Below, piece after piece: positions 35,621 through 47,214 of a DNA stretch of 64,000 nucleotides (positions are counted from its first letter, which is position 1; each line of letters opens with the position of its first letter). Both the position numbers and the translations under genes were made by a program. Origin of the DNA: Macrostomum lignano (taxonomy: Eukaryota); the NCBI GenBank assembly GCA_002269645.1, contig NIVC01000302.1, positions 440,303-504,302 of the forward strand. Direction: 5' to 3'. Under the pieces are notes generated by a model. The model was not told where the DNA came from. It did not search any database and saw only the letters and a program-made list of their open reading frames with translations.

Positions 35621-36237
35621 ACTAACACAGATTCTTTGGAATTTAACGAAATGGAAATAAACCTATTATAAAGAGTGCAAACGCAGGGAGTAGGTCTGTA
35701 AGCAGCGTTTTGGCTACTGTAATTACTAGCTATTTTGGCTAGGAAAAGGGCGTGGCTGGCTCCCGCATCCGGTAATTAAAGCTCAGATCGACTCCACGCC
35801 GCTGTCTCGGCTTCCTCTTTCTTGAACAGGTCTGATTTCAGCGGCGCAGTTCAGCTAACTATAATGCGCAGAATCTGTGTACGCGCGCATCTGCATGCAG
35901 ATACGGCTGACACATGCGCGCGAGTCGTGTTCATTATTTTGAGTTCACCAAATACTAGTCAAGAGCTAGCTCTCTCTCTCTATCTCTCTCTCAGGCTTCA
36001 AGCTTCGCTCCAATATCTGTCTGTCTGTCTCTCTTATTTCATTCCTCAGCGCTGCTTGAGACGAGTGCTTTCAGACTATAGCTTAATAATTGAAATATAG
36101 ATTGAAATTGCTTACACACTCTGGGGAGAGGATTGATCTGATGTTTCGCATTGCCTAGCTGCGCGATACAGGTTGCTAAATCCCACTGCTTATAGCAGCT
36201 GAGAATGCACACTTGTATAACTTCTTAATGGGGGCAG

Positions 36238-36304
36238 AGTACACGTAGCTCAGTGGTTAACGCGTCTGCCTCTCGCGCTGATGTACGCGGGTTCGATTCC
36301 GTGC
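36238..36304 (+). mobile_element. tRNA-derived (SINE-head or pseudo-tRNA) segment, copy 1, followed by (TGTC)n
   Basis: A box TAGCTCAGTGG and B box GGTTCGATTCC at tRNA spacing. D and anticodon stems are imperfect (loop CTCTCGC). No acceptor 3' arm; runs into (TGTC)n at 36304-36540. Confidence 0.6.
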
Positions 36305-36505
<201 letters not shown>

Positions 36506-37280
36506 GTCTGTCTGTCTGTCTGTCTGTCCATCTGTCCGTCTTGCAGGTGCAAGATGTCTGTAAAGAATTTTCTATTCATAAATGATAGCAGACATCCAAA
36601 TCCTGAAGTCTTTTTGGTGGGACTGAATGCGGGAAACAGTTTCCCGGAGATCCGAACAAAAGACAACGGAGCAGCTTCCCAGAGGTGCCAAACGGCATTG
36701 GAACATGTTTCCTGTAAAACAAACCGGCTTCAATTGACTGCTCAGAAAAGTTCAATGCACCGAGACGACCGGAGTTGGTAGGACAACCGGGACTTTCCAT
36801 CGAGAAAAGAAACCTAATTTGCATTTTTTGCCGCCCGAGCCGGAATTTAGGGGGGGGGGTGGGGCAGGGGATGAGGCTGAGAGGCTGACCAGCGAGTCAT
36901 CGAGTTCTCAGGCAGAGCCGAGGGAAATGAGTTTATCTCTTAGGACTTATTATTAGCTTTGGCCCCGTTCCCCTATTTTTATACCAGTGGCTCTGGAATA
37001 TTGCAGTCGGATTGGTATTCAGACAGTGCAGCTGGACTGCAAGAGAAATCCCTTGTATCGATAGAAGTTCTACGACCCCCTGTCGAGACCTAGCGGTCAC
37101 GTGACCCGCGGCTTATCACGTGGCCGCATTAATTTGTGGATTGTCATGAGAGGTCAACCCGTCAAAAAGGTTGTGAGACCATGTCGCCGTGGACGAAGTG
37201 TACTAAAAGTCTAAGACGCTATGTAAGAGCAGATAGTTGAGAACATTAAACCATTAACAGAGTGGAGAACATCAACATCA

Positions 37281-37955
37281 CAGGGGTTGGCAACCTCCGG
37301 CCCGCGGGCCACGTACTGCCCGCGAAGTCTGTCTATCTGGCCGTCGGGTCCTTTGAAACTTCACAATAGCAATCCGGCCCGCTCAAGGTTTGTGTCTCTT
37401 CTCATATCTCTCTCTCTCCTCTCCTCTCCTCTCCTCTCCTCTCCTCTCCTGTCCTCTCTCTCTCCTCTCCTCTCCTCTTCTCTCTCTCTCCTCTCCTCTC
37501 TCTCTCTCCTCTCCTCTCCTCTCCTCTCCTCTCCTCTCCTGTCCTCTCTCTCTCCTCTCCTCTCCTCTCCTCTCTCTCTCCTCTCCTCTCTCTCTCTCCT
37601 CTCCTCTCTCTCTCTCCTCTCCTCTCCTCTCCTGTCCTCTCCTCTCTCTCTCCTCTCCTCTCTCTCTCTCTCCTCTCCTCTCTCTCTCTCTCCTCTCCTC
37701 TCCTCTCCTCTCCTCTCTCTCCTCTCCTCTCTCTCCTCTCCTCTCCTCTCCTCTCCTCTCCTGTCCTCTCCTCTCTCTCTCCTCTCCTCTCTCTCTCTCT
37801 CCTTTCCTCTCTCTCTCTCTCCTCTCTCTCCTCTCCTCTCCTCTCTCTCCTCTCCTCTCTCTCCTCTCCTCTCCTCTCTCTCCTCTCCTCTCCTCTCCTC
37901 TCTCTCCTCTCCTCTCTCTCCTCTCCTGTCCTCTCCTCTCCTCTCCTGTCCTCTC

Positions 37956-38004
<49 letters not shown>

Positions 38005-38202
38005 CTCTCTCTCCTCTCCTCTCCTCTCCTCTCCTCTCCTCTCTCTCCTCTCCTCTCCTCTCCTCTCCTCTCCTCTCCTCTCCTCTCTCTCCTCTCTATC
38101 TTTTCTCTTCTCTATCTTTCCTCTTTCTCTCTCTTGCCCTCCGCAGTCATGCCACTAGATTCTCTATCTGGCCCTTGATGTAAAAGTGTTTTCCGACACC
38201 TG
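37281..38202 (+). mobile_element. hAT-like MITE with internal CT-rich microsatellite, copy 1
   Basis: Left end CAGGGGTTGGCAACCTCCGGCCCGCGGGCC; right end GTTTTCCGACACCTG (imperfect TIR). Internal (CTCTC)n at 37400-38095. The TSD is unconvincing (4/8). Confidence 0.55.
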
Positions 38203-38775
38203 AGTTATCATGTCCAACTAAGCTCAGCTCCAGAGCACCCTGCTGTGCCGGAACTTTCAAAACCATGAAACGCCTTTAGGATCCAAGCGAAGTAGTATCT
38301 AGAGAACAGACAGGTGTGTACTCCTATCTTCAGTTTTATTTATTAACCTGAAACTGAACTGAGCTGGCCTCAGCTAGTTCGCGAAGTAATCTTGGCATTG
38401 TTGATCGATAAACAAAACGAGGGAAACGAGGAAAACACAACGGCCAGCTCGAGAGACTGACAGGGTGCAGCGGGAGAGAAGGGGTGTGAAATGGCCTGGA
38501 GCCTCTTCCACCACTCGTATAATCTGCAAGTATGATAAATCATAAATGAATTCGCAGACAGGAGACAACGGAAACTTGGATGGAGATTATGGGGGTGGGC
38601 AGGAAGAGACCAGAGAGACAGAGACTGGTGAATGGATGGGAATATTAGTTAGTTAATTAGGAGACTTATAGAGAAATTAGGGTTTGAAGGAATTTGGAAG
38701 AGATGCGACAGGAACTGTATGAGGGTAGGGTAGGTTGAGAGAGGTAATGACGGACTGACGAAATAATGGAGAGGT

Positions 38776-41700
38776 TGTGAGGGAGAGGGTAGTGAGGGGG
38801 AGGGGTAGTGAGGGGGAGGGGTAGTGAGGGAGAGGGTAGTGAGGGAGAGGGTAGTGAGGGGAGGGGTAGTGAGGGGGAGGGGTAGTGAGGGAGAGGGTAG
38901 TGAGGGAGAGGGTAGTGAGGGGAGGGGTAGTGAGGGGGAGGGGTAGTGAGGGGGAGGGGTAGTGAGGGAGAGGGTAGTGAGGGAGAGGGTAGTGAGGGGG
39001 AGGGGTAGTGAGGGGGAGGGGTAGTGAGGGAGAGGGTAGTGAGGGGGAGGGGTAGTGAGGGAGAGGTTGTGAGGGAGAGGGTAGTGAGGGGGAGGGGTAG
39101 TGAGGGGGAGGGGTAGTGAGGGAGAGGGTAGTGAGGGGGAGGGGTAGTGAGGGAGAGGTTGTGAGGGGGAGGGGAAGTGAGGGGGAGGGGTAGTGAGGGA
39201 GAGGGTAGTGAGGGGGAGGGGTAGTGAGGGAGAGGGTAGTGAGGGGGAGAGGTTGTGAGGGAGAGGGTAGTGAGGGGGAGGGGTAGTGAGGGAGAGGGTA
39301 GTGAGGGGGAGGGGTAGTGAGGGAGAGGTTGTGAGGGAGAGGGGTAGTGAGGGAGAGGGTAGTGAGGGGAGGGGTAGTGAGGGGGAGGGGTAGTGAGGGA
39401 GAGGGTAGTGAGGGAGAGGGTAGTGAGGGGAGGGGTAGTGAGGGGGAGGGGTAGTGAGGGGAGGGGTAGTGAGGGAGAGGGTAGTGAGGGAGAGGGTAGT
39501 GAGGGGGAGGGGTAGTGAGGGGGAGGGGTAGTGAGGGGGAGGGGTAGTGAGGGAGAGGGTAGTGAGGGAGAGGGTAGTGAGGGAGAGGGTAGTGAGGGGG
39601 AGGGTAGTGAGGGGAGGGTAGTGAGGGAGAGGGTAGTGAGGGAGAGGGTAGTGAGGGGAGGGTAGTGAGGGGGAGGGGTAGTGAGGGGGAGGGGTAGTGA
39701 GGGGGAGGGGTAGTGAGGGGGAGGGGTAGTGAGGGAGAGGGTAGTGAGGGAGAGGGTAGTGAGGGGAGGGTAGTGAGGGGAGGGGGTAGTGAGGGAGAGG
39801 GTAGTGAGGGAGAGGGTAGTGAGGGGAGGGGTAGTGAGGGGGAGGGGTAGTGAGGGAGAGGGTAGTGAGGGAGAGGGTAGTGAGGGGAGGGGTAGTGAGG
39901 GGAGGGGTAGTGAGGGGGAGGGGTAGTGAGGGAGAGGGTAGTGAGGGAGAGGGTAGTGAGGGGAGGGGTAGTGAGGGGGAGGGGTAGTGAGGGGGGGTAG
40001 TGAGGGAGAGGGTAGTGAGGGAGAGGGTAGTGAGGGAGAGGGTAGTGAGGGAGAGGGTAGTGAGGGGAGGGGTAGTGAGGGAGAGGGTAGTGAGGGAGAG
40101 GGTAGTGAGGGAGAGGGTAGTGAGGGGAGGGGTAGTGAGGGGGAGGGGTAGTGAGGGGGAGGGGTAGTGAGGGGGAGGGGTAGTGAGGGAGAGGGTAGTG
40201 AGGGAGAGGGTAGTGAGGGGAGGGTAGTGAGGGGGAGGGGTAGTGAGGGGAGGGTAGTGAGGGAGAGGGTAGTGAGGGGAGGTAGTGAGGGAGAGGTAGT
40301 GAGGGAGAGGGTAGTGAGGGGGAGGGTAGTGAGGGGGAGGGTAGTGAGGGGAGGGTAGTGAGGGGAGGGTAGTGAGGGAGAGGTTGTGAGGGGGAGGGGA
40401 AGTGAGGGGGAGGGTAGTGAGGGAGAGGGTAGTGAGGGGAGGGGTAGTGAGGGAGAGGGTAGTGAGGGGGAGAGGTTGTGAGGGAGAGGGTAGTGAGGGG
40501 GAGGGGTAGTGAGGGAGAGGGTAGTGAGGGGAGGGGTAGTGAGGGAGAGGTTGTGAGGGAGAGGGGTAGTGAGGGAGAGGGTAGTGAGGGGAGGGGTAGT
40601 GAGGGAGAGGGTAGTGAGGGGAGGGGTAGTGAGGGGGAGGGGTAGTGAGGGAGAGGGTAGTGAGGGGAGGGGTAGTGAGGGAGAGGGTAGTGAGGGGGAG
40701 GGGTAGTGAGGGAGAGGGTAGTGAGGGGAGGGGTAGTGAGGGAGAGGTTGTGAGGGAGAGGGGTAGTGAGGGAGAGGGTAGTGAGGGGGAGGGGTAGTGA
40801 GGGAGAGGGTAGTGAGGGGGAGGGGTAGTGAGGGGAGGGTAGTGAGGGAGAGGGTAGTGAAGGAGAGGGTAGTGAGGGGAGGGGTAGTGAGGGAGAGGGT
40901 AGTGAGGGGGGGGTAGTGAGGGAGAGGGGTAGTGAGGGAGAGGGTAGTGAGGGGAGGGGTAGTGAGGGAGAGGGTAGTGAGGGGGAGGGGTAGTGAGGGA
41001 GAGGGTTAGTGAGGAAGAGGGGTAGTGAGGGAGAGGGTTAGTGAGGGAGAGGGGTAGTGAGGGGAAGGGGTAGTGAGGGAGAGGGTAGTGAGGGGGAGGG
41101 GTAGTGAGGGAGAGGGGTAGTGAGGGAGAGGGTTAGTGAGGGAGAGGGGTAGTGAGGGGAAGGGTAGTGGGGAGAGGGGTAGTGAGGGAGAGGGGTAGTG
41201 AGGGAGAGGGTAGTGAGGGGGAGGGTAGTGAGGGAGAGGGGTAGTGAGGTAGAGGGTAGTGAGGAAGAGGGGTAGTGAGAGGGGTAGTGAGGGAGAGGGT
41301 AATGAGGGAGAGGGTAGTGAGGGGGAGGGTAGTGAGGGGGAGGGGTATTGAAGGAGAGGGGTAGTGAGGGAAAGAGGTAGTGAGGGAGAGGGGTAGTGAG
41401 GGAGAGGGTAGTGAGGGGAGGGTAGTGAGGGAGAGGGTTAGTGAGGAAGAGGGTAGTGAGGGAGAGGGTTAGTGAGGGAGAGGTAGTGAGGGGAAGGGGT
41501 AGTGAGGGAGAGGGGTAGTGAGGGAGAGGGGTAGTGAGGGAGAGGGGTAGTGGGGGAGAGGGGTAGTGAGGGAGAGGGTAGTGAGGGAGAGGGTAGTGAG
41601 GGGAGGGGTAGTGAGGGAGAGGGGTAGTGAGGTAGAGGGGTAGTGAGGAAGAGGGGTAGTGAGAGGGGTAGTGAGGGAGAGGGGTAATGAGGGAGAGGGG

Positions 41701-42535
41701 TAGTGAGGGGGAGGGGTAGTGAGGGGAGGGGTATTGAAGGAGAGGGGTAGTGAGGGAAAGAGGTAGTGAGGGAGAGGGTAGTGAGGGAGAGGGTAGTGAG
41801 GGGAGGGTAGTGAGGGAGAGGGTTAGTGAGGAAGGGGTAGTGAGGGAGAGGGTTAGTGAGGGAGAGGGTAGTGAGGGGAAGGGGTAGTGAGGGAGAGGGG
41901 TAGTGAGGGAGAGGGTAGTGAGGGAGAGGGTAGTGGGGGATAGGGGTAGTGAGGGAGAGGGTAGTGAGGGAGAGGGGTAGTGAGGGAGAGGGTAGTGAGG
42001 GGGAGGGGTAGTGAGGGAGAGGGTTAGTGAGGAAGAGGGGTAGTGGGAGAGGGTTAGTGAGGGAGAGGGGTAGTGAGGGGAAGGGGTAGTGAGGGAGAGG
42101 GTAGTGAGGGAGAGGGGTAGTGAGGGAGAGGGGTAGTGGTGGAGAGGGGTAGTGAGGGAGAGGGTAGTGAGGGAGAGGGGTAGTGAGGGGAGGGGTAGTG
42201 AGGGACAGGGGTAGTGAGGTAGAGGGGTAGTGAGGAAGAGGGGTAGTGAGAGGGGTAGTGAGGGAGAGGGGTAATGAGGGAGAGGGTAGTGAGGGGGAGG
42301 GTAGTGAGGGAGGGGTATTGAAGGAGAGGGGTAGTGAGGGAAAGAGGTAGTGAGGGAGAGGGGTAGTGAGGGAGAGGGGTAGTGAGGGGGAGGGGTAGTG
42401 AGGGAGAGGGGTAGTGAGGAAGAGGGGTAGTGAGGGAGAGGGGTAGTGAGGAAGAGGGGTAGTGAGGAAGAGGGGTAGTGAGAGAGAGGGGTAGTGAGGA
42501 AGAGGGGTAGTGAGGGAGAGGGGTAGTGAGGTAGA
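38776..42535. repeat. 3.7-kb G-rich 15-16-bp satellite (GGGTAGTGAGGGAGA[G])n, copy 1
   Basis: Read directly; extreme G/C strand asymmetry. Confidence 0.97.
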
Positions 42536-42595
42536 GAGAGAGAAGAGAGGTCACGGCGTGTTTAAAAAAATCAAAGACTTAATTAATTTAATATG

Positions 42596-42633
42596 GGCTA
42601 CCGGTTTCGAGCCTCTGGGCTCTTCGTCAGGCC
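42596..42633 (-). ncRNA. Minimal type I hammerhead ribozyme in the PLE 3' UTR
   Basis: Minus strand reads GGC-CUGACGA-A-GAGCC/CAGA/GGCUC-GAAA-CCGG-UA-GCC. Core boxes are intact, stem II is 5 bp, stem III is the palindrome ACCGGU, the cleavage triplet is GUA, and stem I is GGC/GCC. Confidence 0.85.
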
Positions 42634-43006
42634 AAAAAATCTGTGTGTCATGCAATTTAAGTTGGTCTTTTAAGTATTATTTTTCTTAGTCTGATAGAAT
42701 TGATGAGTAGTTGTACATATGAGGGATGTACATTTAAAACCCTGTTTTGCCTAGCTCTGACTTGTCCCAGAGGCTTTCCACCATTCATTTTAAACGACAG
42801 TATATTTGTTATAAAAAATTGTTATTTCGAAGTACTATACGATATGCGATACTACGATTAGATGAAATGCCGGTATTGGGGGTAGGAGCATAAAAATCAA
42901 TATTGAGCGTACAATTAAGCAGTTTGAATAAAATAAAATAAAATAAATGACACGTGAATAAATATTGTACTTTAATAGGGTGAAAATAGCGCATTGGTTA
43001 AAATGA

Positions 43007-44490
43007 TTAAATGTTTCCTGGCTGAGACTTGAACTTATTGGGAGCCAGGAGGCTCTGTAAGTTACGTTGCCGTGTAAAAGCGGGCAGTATGCGAGAGCCT
43101 GGTTTATTTTGTAGCTTATCAAAGTTTTTAGCAATCTCGTTGGCAAGCCAGACCGTAGATGGGTGAAAAGGAAGGACCATTGGGATGGGTCGGAGAAGAT
43201 GATTGTCGACCCTGATGTTCGTACCTGGCGGTTTGTCAGTCCCTAGTTTTTTAATCCAGATTTCTTCCCTTAGTTCGATTTTGTTGTTATTAAGAACTTG
43301 ATCGATAGCAATGGAGACAAAGTTTGCAATTGAGTGATTGGGGGTGAGAAAGTGCTCTGACCCCGAAGTTACGACTCTCCTGTTAATATTTGACCTGTGC
43401 TGGTTCATTCTATCTCTCATTGTTCTTCTAGTCATCCCTACATAGAAGATTTTCCCAGGGTGGCACTGGTTGCAGGAGATGCCATAGATGATGTTCTTGG
43501 AGCCACAGGACAGGCTCTGAGAGATTAAAAAACCAGAAGCCGGTTGCAGTCCCTGGGCGGAGAGAGCAGGCGGTGAGTGGGTGCAGCATTTGCAACGGGA
43601 TGACCCACAGGGATGGAACCCTTTGGGAAGCAGACCCAGATTGGTCGTTGGTCCTGCAGTCCAGTTCATAAGTATGAGGACCTCCTTTTTGCAGTTTCTA
43701 AGAAAAATCTTCGAGTAGCCTAATTGCTTGAGTTCCGATTTTAAAGAATTGAAAGCACGGTTGAAAGACTTGTAGTCATCACAGATTCGAGCGTACCGAA
43801 GGACTTGGGATTTTACTACCCCCTTGAAGGTGTGTGACGGATGGAAGGACTGTCGGTGCAACAATCTATGAGTGTCTGTTTCTTTTGAAAACAGTTGTGT
43901 TGTGAAGCGGTTTTCAGCTTTCCTGATGGTCATGTCAAGGAAACTGACCTCAGTTGATGAGGAGCTGACGGTGAGTTTGATGTTGGGGTTGATTGAATTT
44001 AGGTGTACAACAAATTCTGTCAGAGTTTCAGCCGGGTGGTCCCAGTGAATGAAGATATCATCTATGTACCTAAAATAGATGTTCGGCTTATAAAGAGCAG
44101 TTCTCAGGGCAGTTTCCTCCCAGAGGCTCATGAAGAGACAGGCATAGCTGGGCGCAAATATGCGCCCCATGGCTGTGCCTCTAAGTTGTAGGAAAATCAT
44201 TTTGTCAAATTCAAAGTCATTCCTGTACAAACACAATTCCAGTAGCTTTATTATTTCAGCATCCGGTCTAATGGGATCCGGGTATCGGTTAAAGAATTCC
44301 TGGATCGCTGCAATGCCCTGATCTATTGGGATCATGGAGTACAGACTCTGGACATCACAGGTTGCCAGAGTCGAACCTTCCGTGCAGCTTTTATCCATAA
44401 GGTGTGCCTTGAAGTCATAGGAGTCCTTAATGAAAGTGGGTTGCGCTTGGGCAATCGGTTTAAGAAAGAAGTCTATGTACTTTTCTGCCC
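43007..44490 (-). CDS. PLE reverse transcriptase/GIY-YIG endonuclease ORF (N-terminally truncated)
   Basis: YIDFFLKPIAQ..FIKDSYDF; LATCDVQSLYSMIP; QLRGTAMGRIFAPSYACLFM; YFRYIDDIF; FLDMTI; Cys-rich linker CGSSRCKCC; NIIYGISCNQC..FYVGMT..RMNQH; REEIWIKKL. Confidence 0.93.
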
Positions 44491-44764
44491 CAATTGCTCT
44501 CTCTCTCTATCTCTCTCTCAGGCTTCAAGCTTCGCTCCAATATCTGTCTGTCTGTCTCTCTTATTTCATTCCTCAGCGCTGCTTGAGACGAGTGCTTTCA
44601 GACTATAGCTTAATAATTGAAATATAGATTGAAATTGCTTACACACTCTGGGGAGAGGATTGATCTGATGTTTCGCATTGCCTAGCTGCGCGATACAGGT
44701 TGCTAAATCCCACTGCTTATAGCAGCTGAGAATGCACACTTGTATAACTTCTTAATGGGGGCAG

Positions 44765-44831
44765 AGTACACGTAGCTCAGTGGTTAACGCGTCTGCCTCT
44801 CGCGCTGATGTACGCGGGTTCGATTCCGTGC
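44765..44831 (+). mobile_element. tRNA-derived segment, copy 2
   Basis: Identical to 36238-36304. Confidence 0.6.
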
Positions 44832-44874
<43 letters not shown>

Positions 44875-44875
44875 G

Positions 44876-44914
<39 letters not shown>

Positions 44915-44915
44915 G

Positions 44916-45048
<133 letters not shown>

Positions 45049-45821
45049 GTCTGTCTGTCTGTCTGTCTGTCCATCTGTCCGTCTTGCAGGTGCAAGATGT
45101 CTGTAAAGAATTTTCTATTCATAAATGATAGCAGACATCCAAATCCTGAAGTCTTTTTGGTGGGACTGAATGCGGGAAACAGTTTCCCGGAGATCCGAAC
45201 AAAAGACAACGGAGCAGCTTCCCAGAGGTGCCAAACGGCATTGGAACATGTTTCCTGTAAAACAAACCGGCTTCAATTGACTGCTCAGAAAAGTTCAATG
45301 CACCGAGACGACCGGAGTTGGTAGGACAACCGGGACTTTCCATCGAGAAAAGAAACTTAATTTGCATTTTTGCCGCCCGAGCCGGAATTTAGGGGGGGGG
45401 GTGGGGCAGGGGATGAGGCTGAGAGGCTGACCAGCGAGTCATCGAGTTCTCAGGCAGAGCCGAGGGAAATGAGTTTATCTCTTAGGACTTATTATTAGCT
45501 TTGGCCCCGTTCCCCTATTTTTATACCAGTGGCTCTGGAATATTGCAGTCGGATTGGTATTCAGACAGTGCAGCTGGACTGCAAGAGAAATCCCTTGTAT
45601 CGATAGAAGTTCTACGACCCCCTGTCGAGACCTAGCGGTCACGTGACCCGCGGCTTATCACGTGGCCGCATTAATTTGTGGATTGTCATGAGAGGTCAAC
45701 CCGTCAAAAAGGTTGTGAGACCATGTCGCCGTGGACGAAGTGTACTAAAAGTCTAAGACGCTATGTAAGAGCAGATAGTTGAGAACATTAAACCATTAAC
45801 AGAGTGGAGAACATCACATCA

Positions 45822-46643
45822 CAGGGGTTGGCAACCTCCGGCGCGCGGCCACGTACTGCCGCGAAGTCTGTCTATCTGGCCGTCGGGTCCTTTGAAACTT
45901 CACAATAGCAATCCGGCCCGCTCAAGGTTTGTGTCTCTTCTCATATCTCTCTCTCTCCTCTCCTCTCCTCTCCTCTCCTCTCCTCTCCTGTCCTCTCTCT
46001 CTCCTCTCCTCTCCTCTTCTCTCTCTCTCCTCTCCTCTCTCTCTCTCCTCTCCTCTCCTCTCCTCTCCTCTCCTCTCCTGTCCTCTCTCTCTCCTCTCCT
46101 CTCCTCTCCTCTCTCTCTCCTCTCCTCTCTCTCTCTCCTCTCCTCTCCTCTCTCTCTCCTCTCCTCTCCTGTCCTCTCCTCTCTCTCTCCTCTCCTCTCT
46201 CTCTCTCTCCTCTCCTCTCTCTCTCTCTCCTCTCCTCCCTCCTCTCCTCTCTCTCCTCTCCTCTCTCTCCTCTCCTCTCCTCTCCTCTCCTCTCCTGTCC
46301 TCTCCTCTCTCTCTCCTCTCCTCTCTCTCTCTCTCCTTTCCTCTCTCTCTCTCCTCTCTCTCCTCTCCTCTCCTCTCTCTCCTCTCCTCTCTCTCCTCTC
46401 CTCTCCTCTCCTCTCCTCTCCTCTCTCTCCTCTCCTCTCTCTCCTCTCCTCTCCTCTCCTCTCCTCTCCTCTCCTTTCCTCACTCTTTTCTCTTCTCTCC
46501 TCTCCATTATTCTTTCGCATATCATTTCTCCTGTTTCTCTTGTCTCTTATCTATTTCCTCTTACCCTCTCTTCTCTGCCCTCCGCAGTCATGCCACTAGA
46601 TTCTCTATCTGGCCCTTGATGTAAAAGTGTTTTCCGACACCTG
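45822..46643 (+). mobile_element. hAT-like MITE with CT tract, copy 2
   Basis: Same termini as 37281-38202. Confidence 0.55.
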
Positions 46644-47214
46644 AGTTATCATGTCCAACTAAGCTCAGCTCCAGAGCACCCTGCTGTGCCGGAACTTTCA
46701 AAACCATGAAACGCCTTTAGGATCCAAGCGAAGTAGTATCTAGAGAACAGACAGGTGTGTACTCCTATCTTCAGTTTTATTTATTAACCTGAAACTGAAC
46801 TGAGCTGGCCTCAGCTAGTTCGCGAAGTAATCTTGGCATTGTTGATCGATAAACAAAACGAGGGAAACGAGGAAAACACAACGGCCAGCTCGAGAGACTG
46901 ACAGGGTGCAGCGGGAGAGAAGGGGTGTGAAATGGCTTGTAGCCTCTTCCACCACTCGTATAATCTGCAAGTATGATAAATCATAAATGAATTCGCAGAC
47001 AGGAGACAACGGAAACTTGGATGGAGATTATGGGGTGGGCAGGAAGAGACCAGAGAGACAGAGACTGGTGAATGGATGGGAATATTAGTTAGTTAATTAG
47101 GAGACTTATAGAGAAATTAGGGTTTGAAGGAATTTGGAAGAGATGCGACAGGAACTGTATGAGGGTAGGGTAGGTTGAGAGAGGTAATGACGGACTGACG
47201 AAATAATGGAGAGG

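Larger units (their letters stand above)
42550..44495 (-). mobile_element. 5'-truncated Penelope-like retroelement (RT plus C-terminal GIY-YIG)
   Basis: Uninterrupted frame from ~44490 to the stop at 43007, followed by a 3' UTR with a hammerhead; ends about 45 nt past the ribozyme at the satellite edge. Confidence 0.92.

Noticed and set aside
36238-36304. Functional tRNA gene (possible CTC anticodon)
   Set aside because: D and anticodon stems are mismatched and the acceptor 3' arm is replaced by a microsatellite; treated as a tRNA-derived relic
36836-36995. Possible MITE (GCCGGAATTTAGGGG ... CCCCTATTTTTATACCAGTGGCTCTG)
   Set aside because: Terminal inverted repeats too degenerate and no TSD
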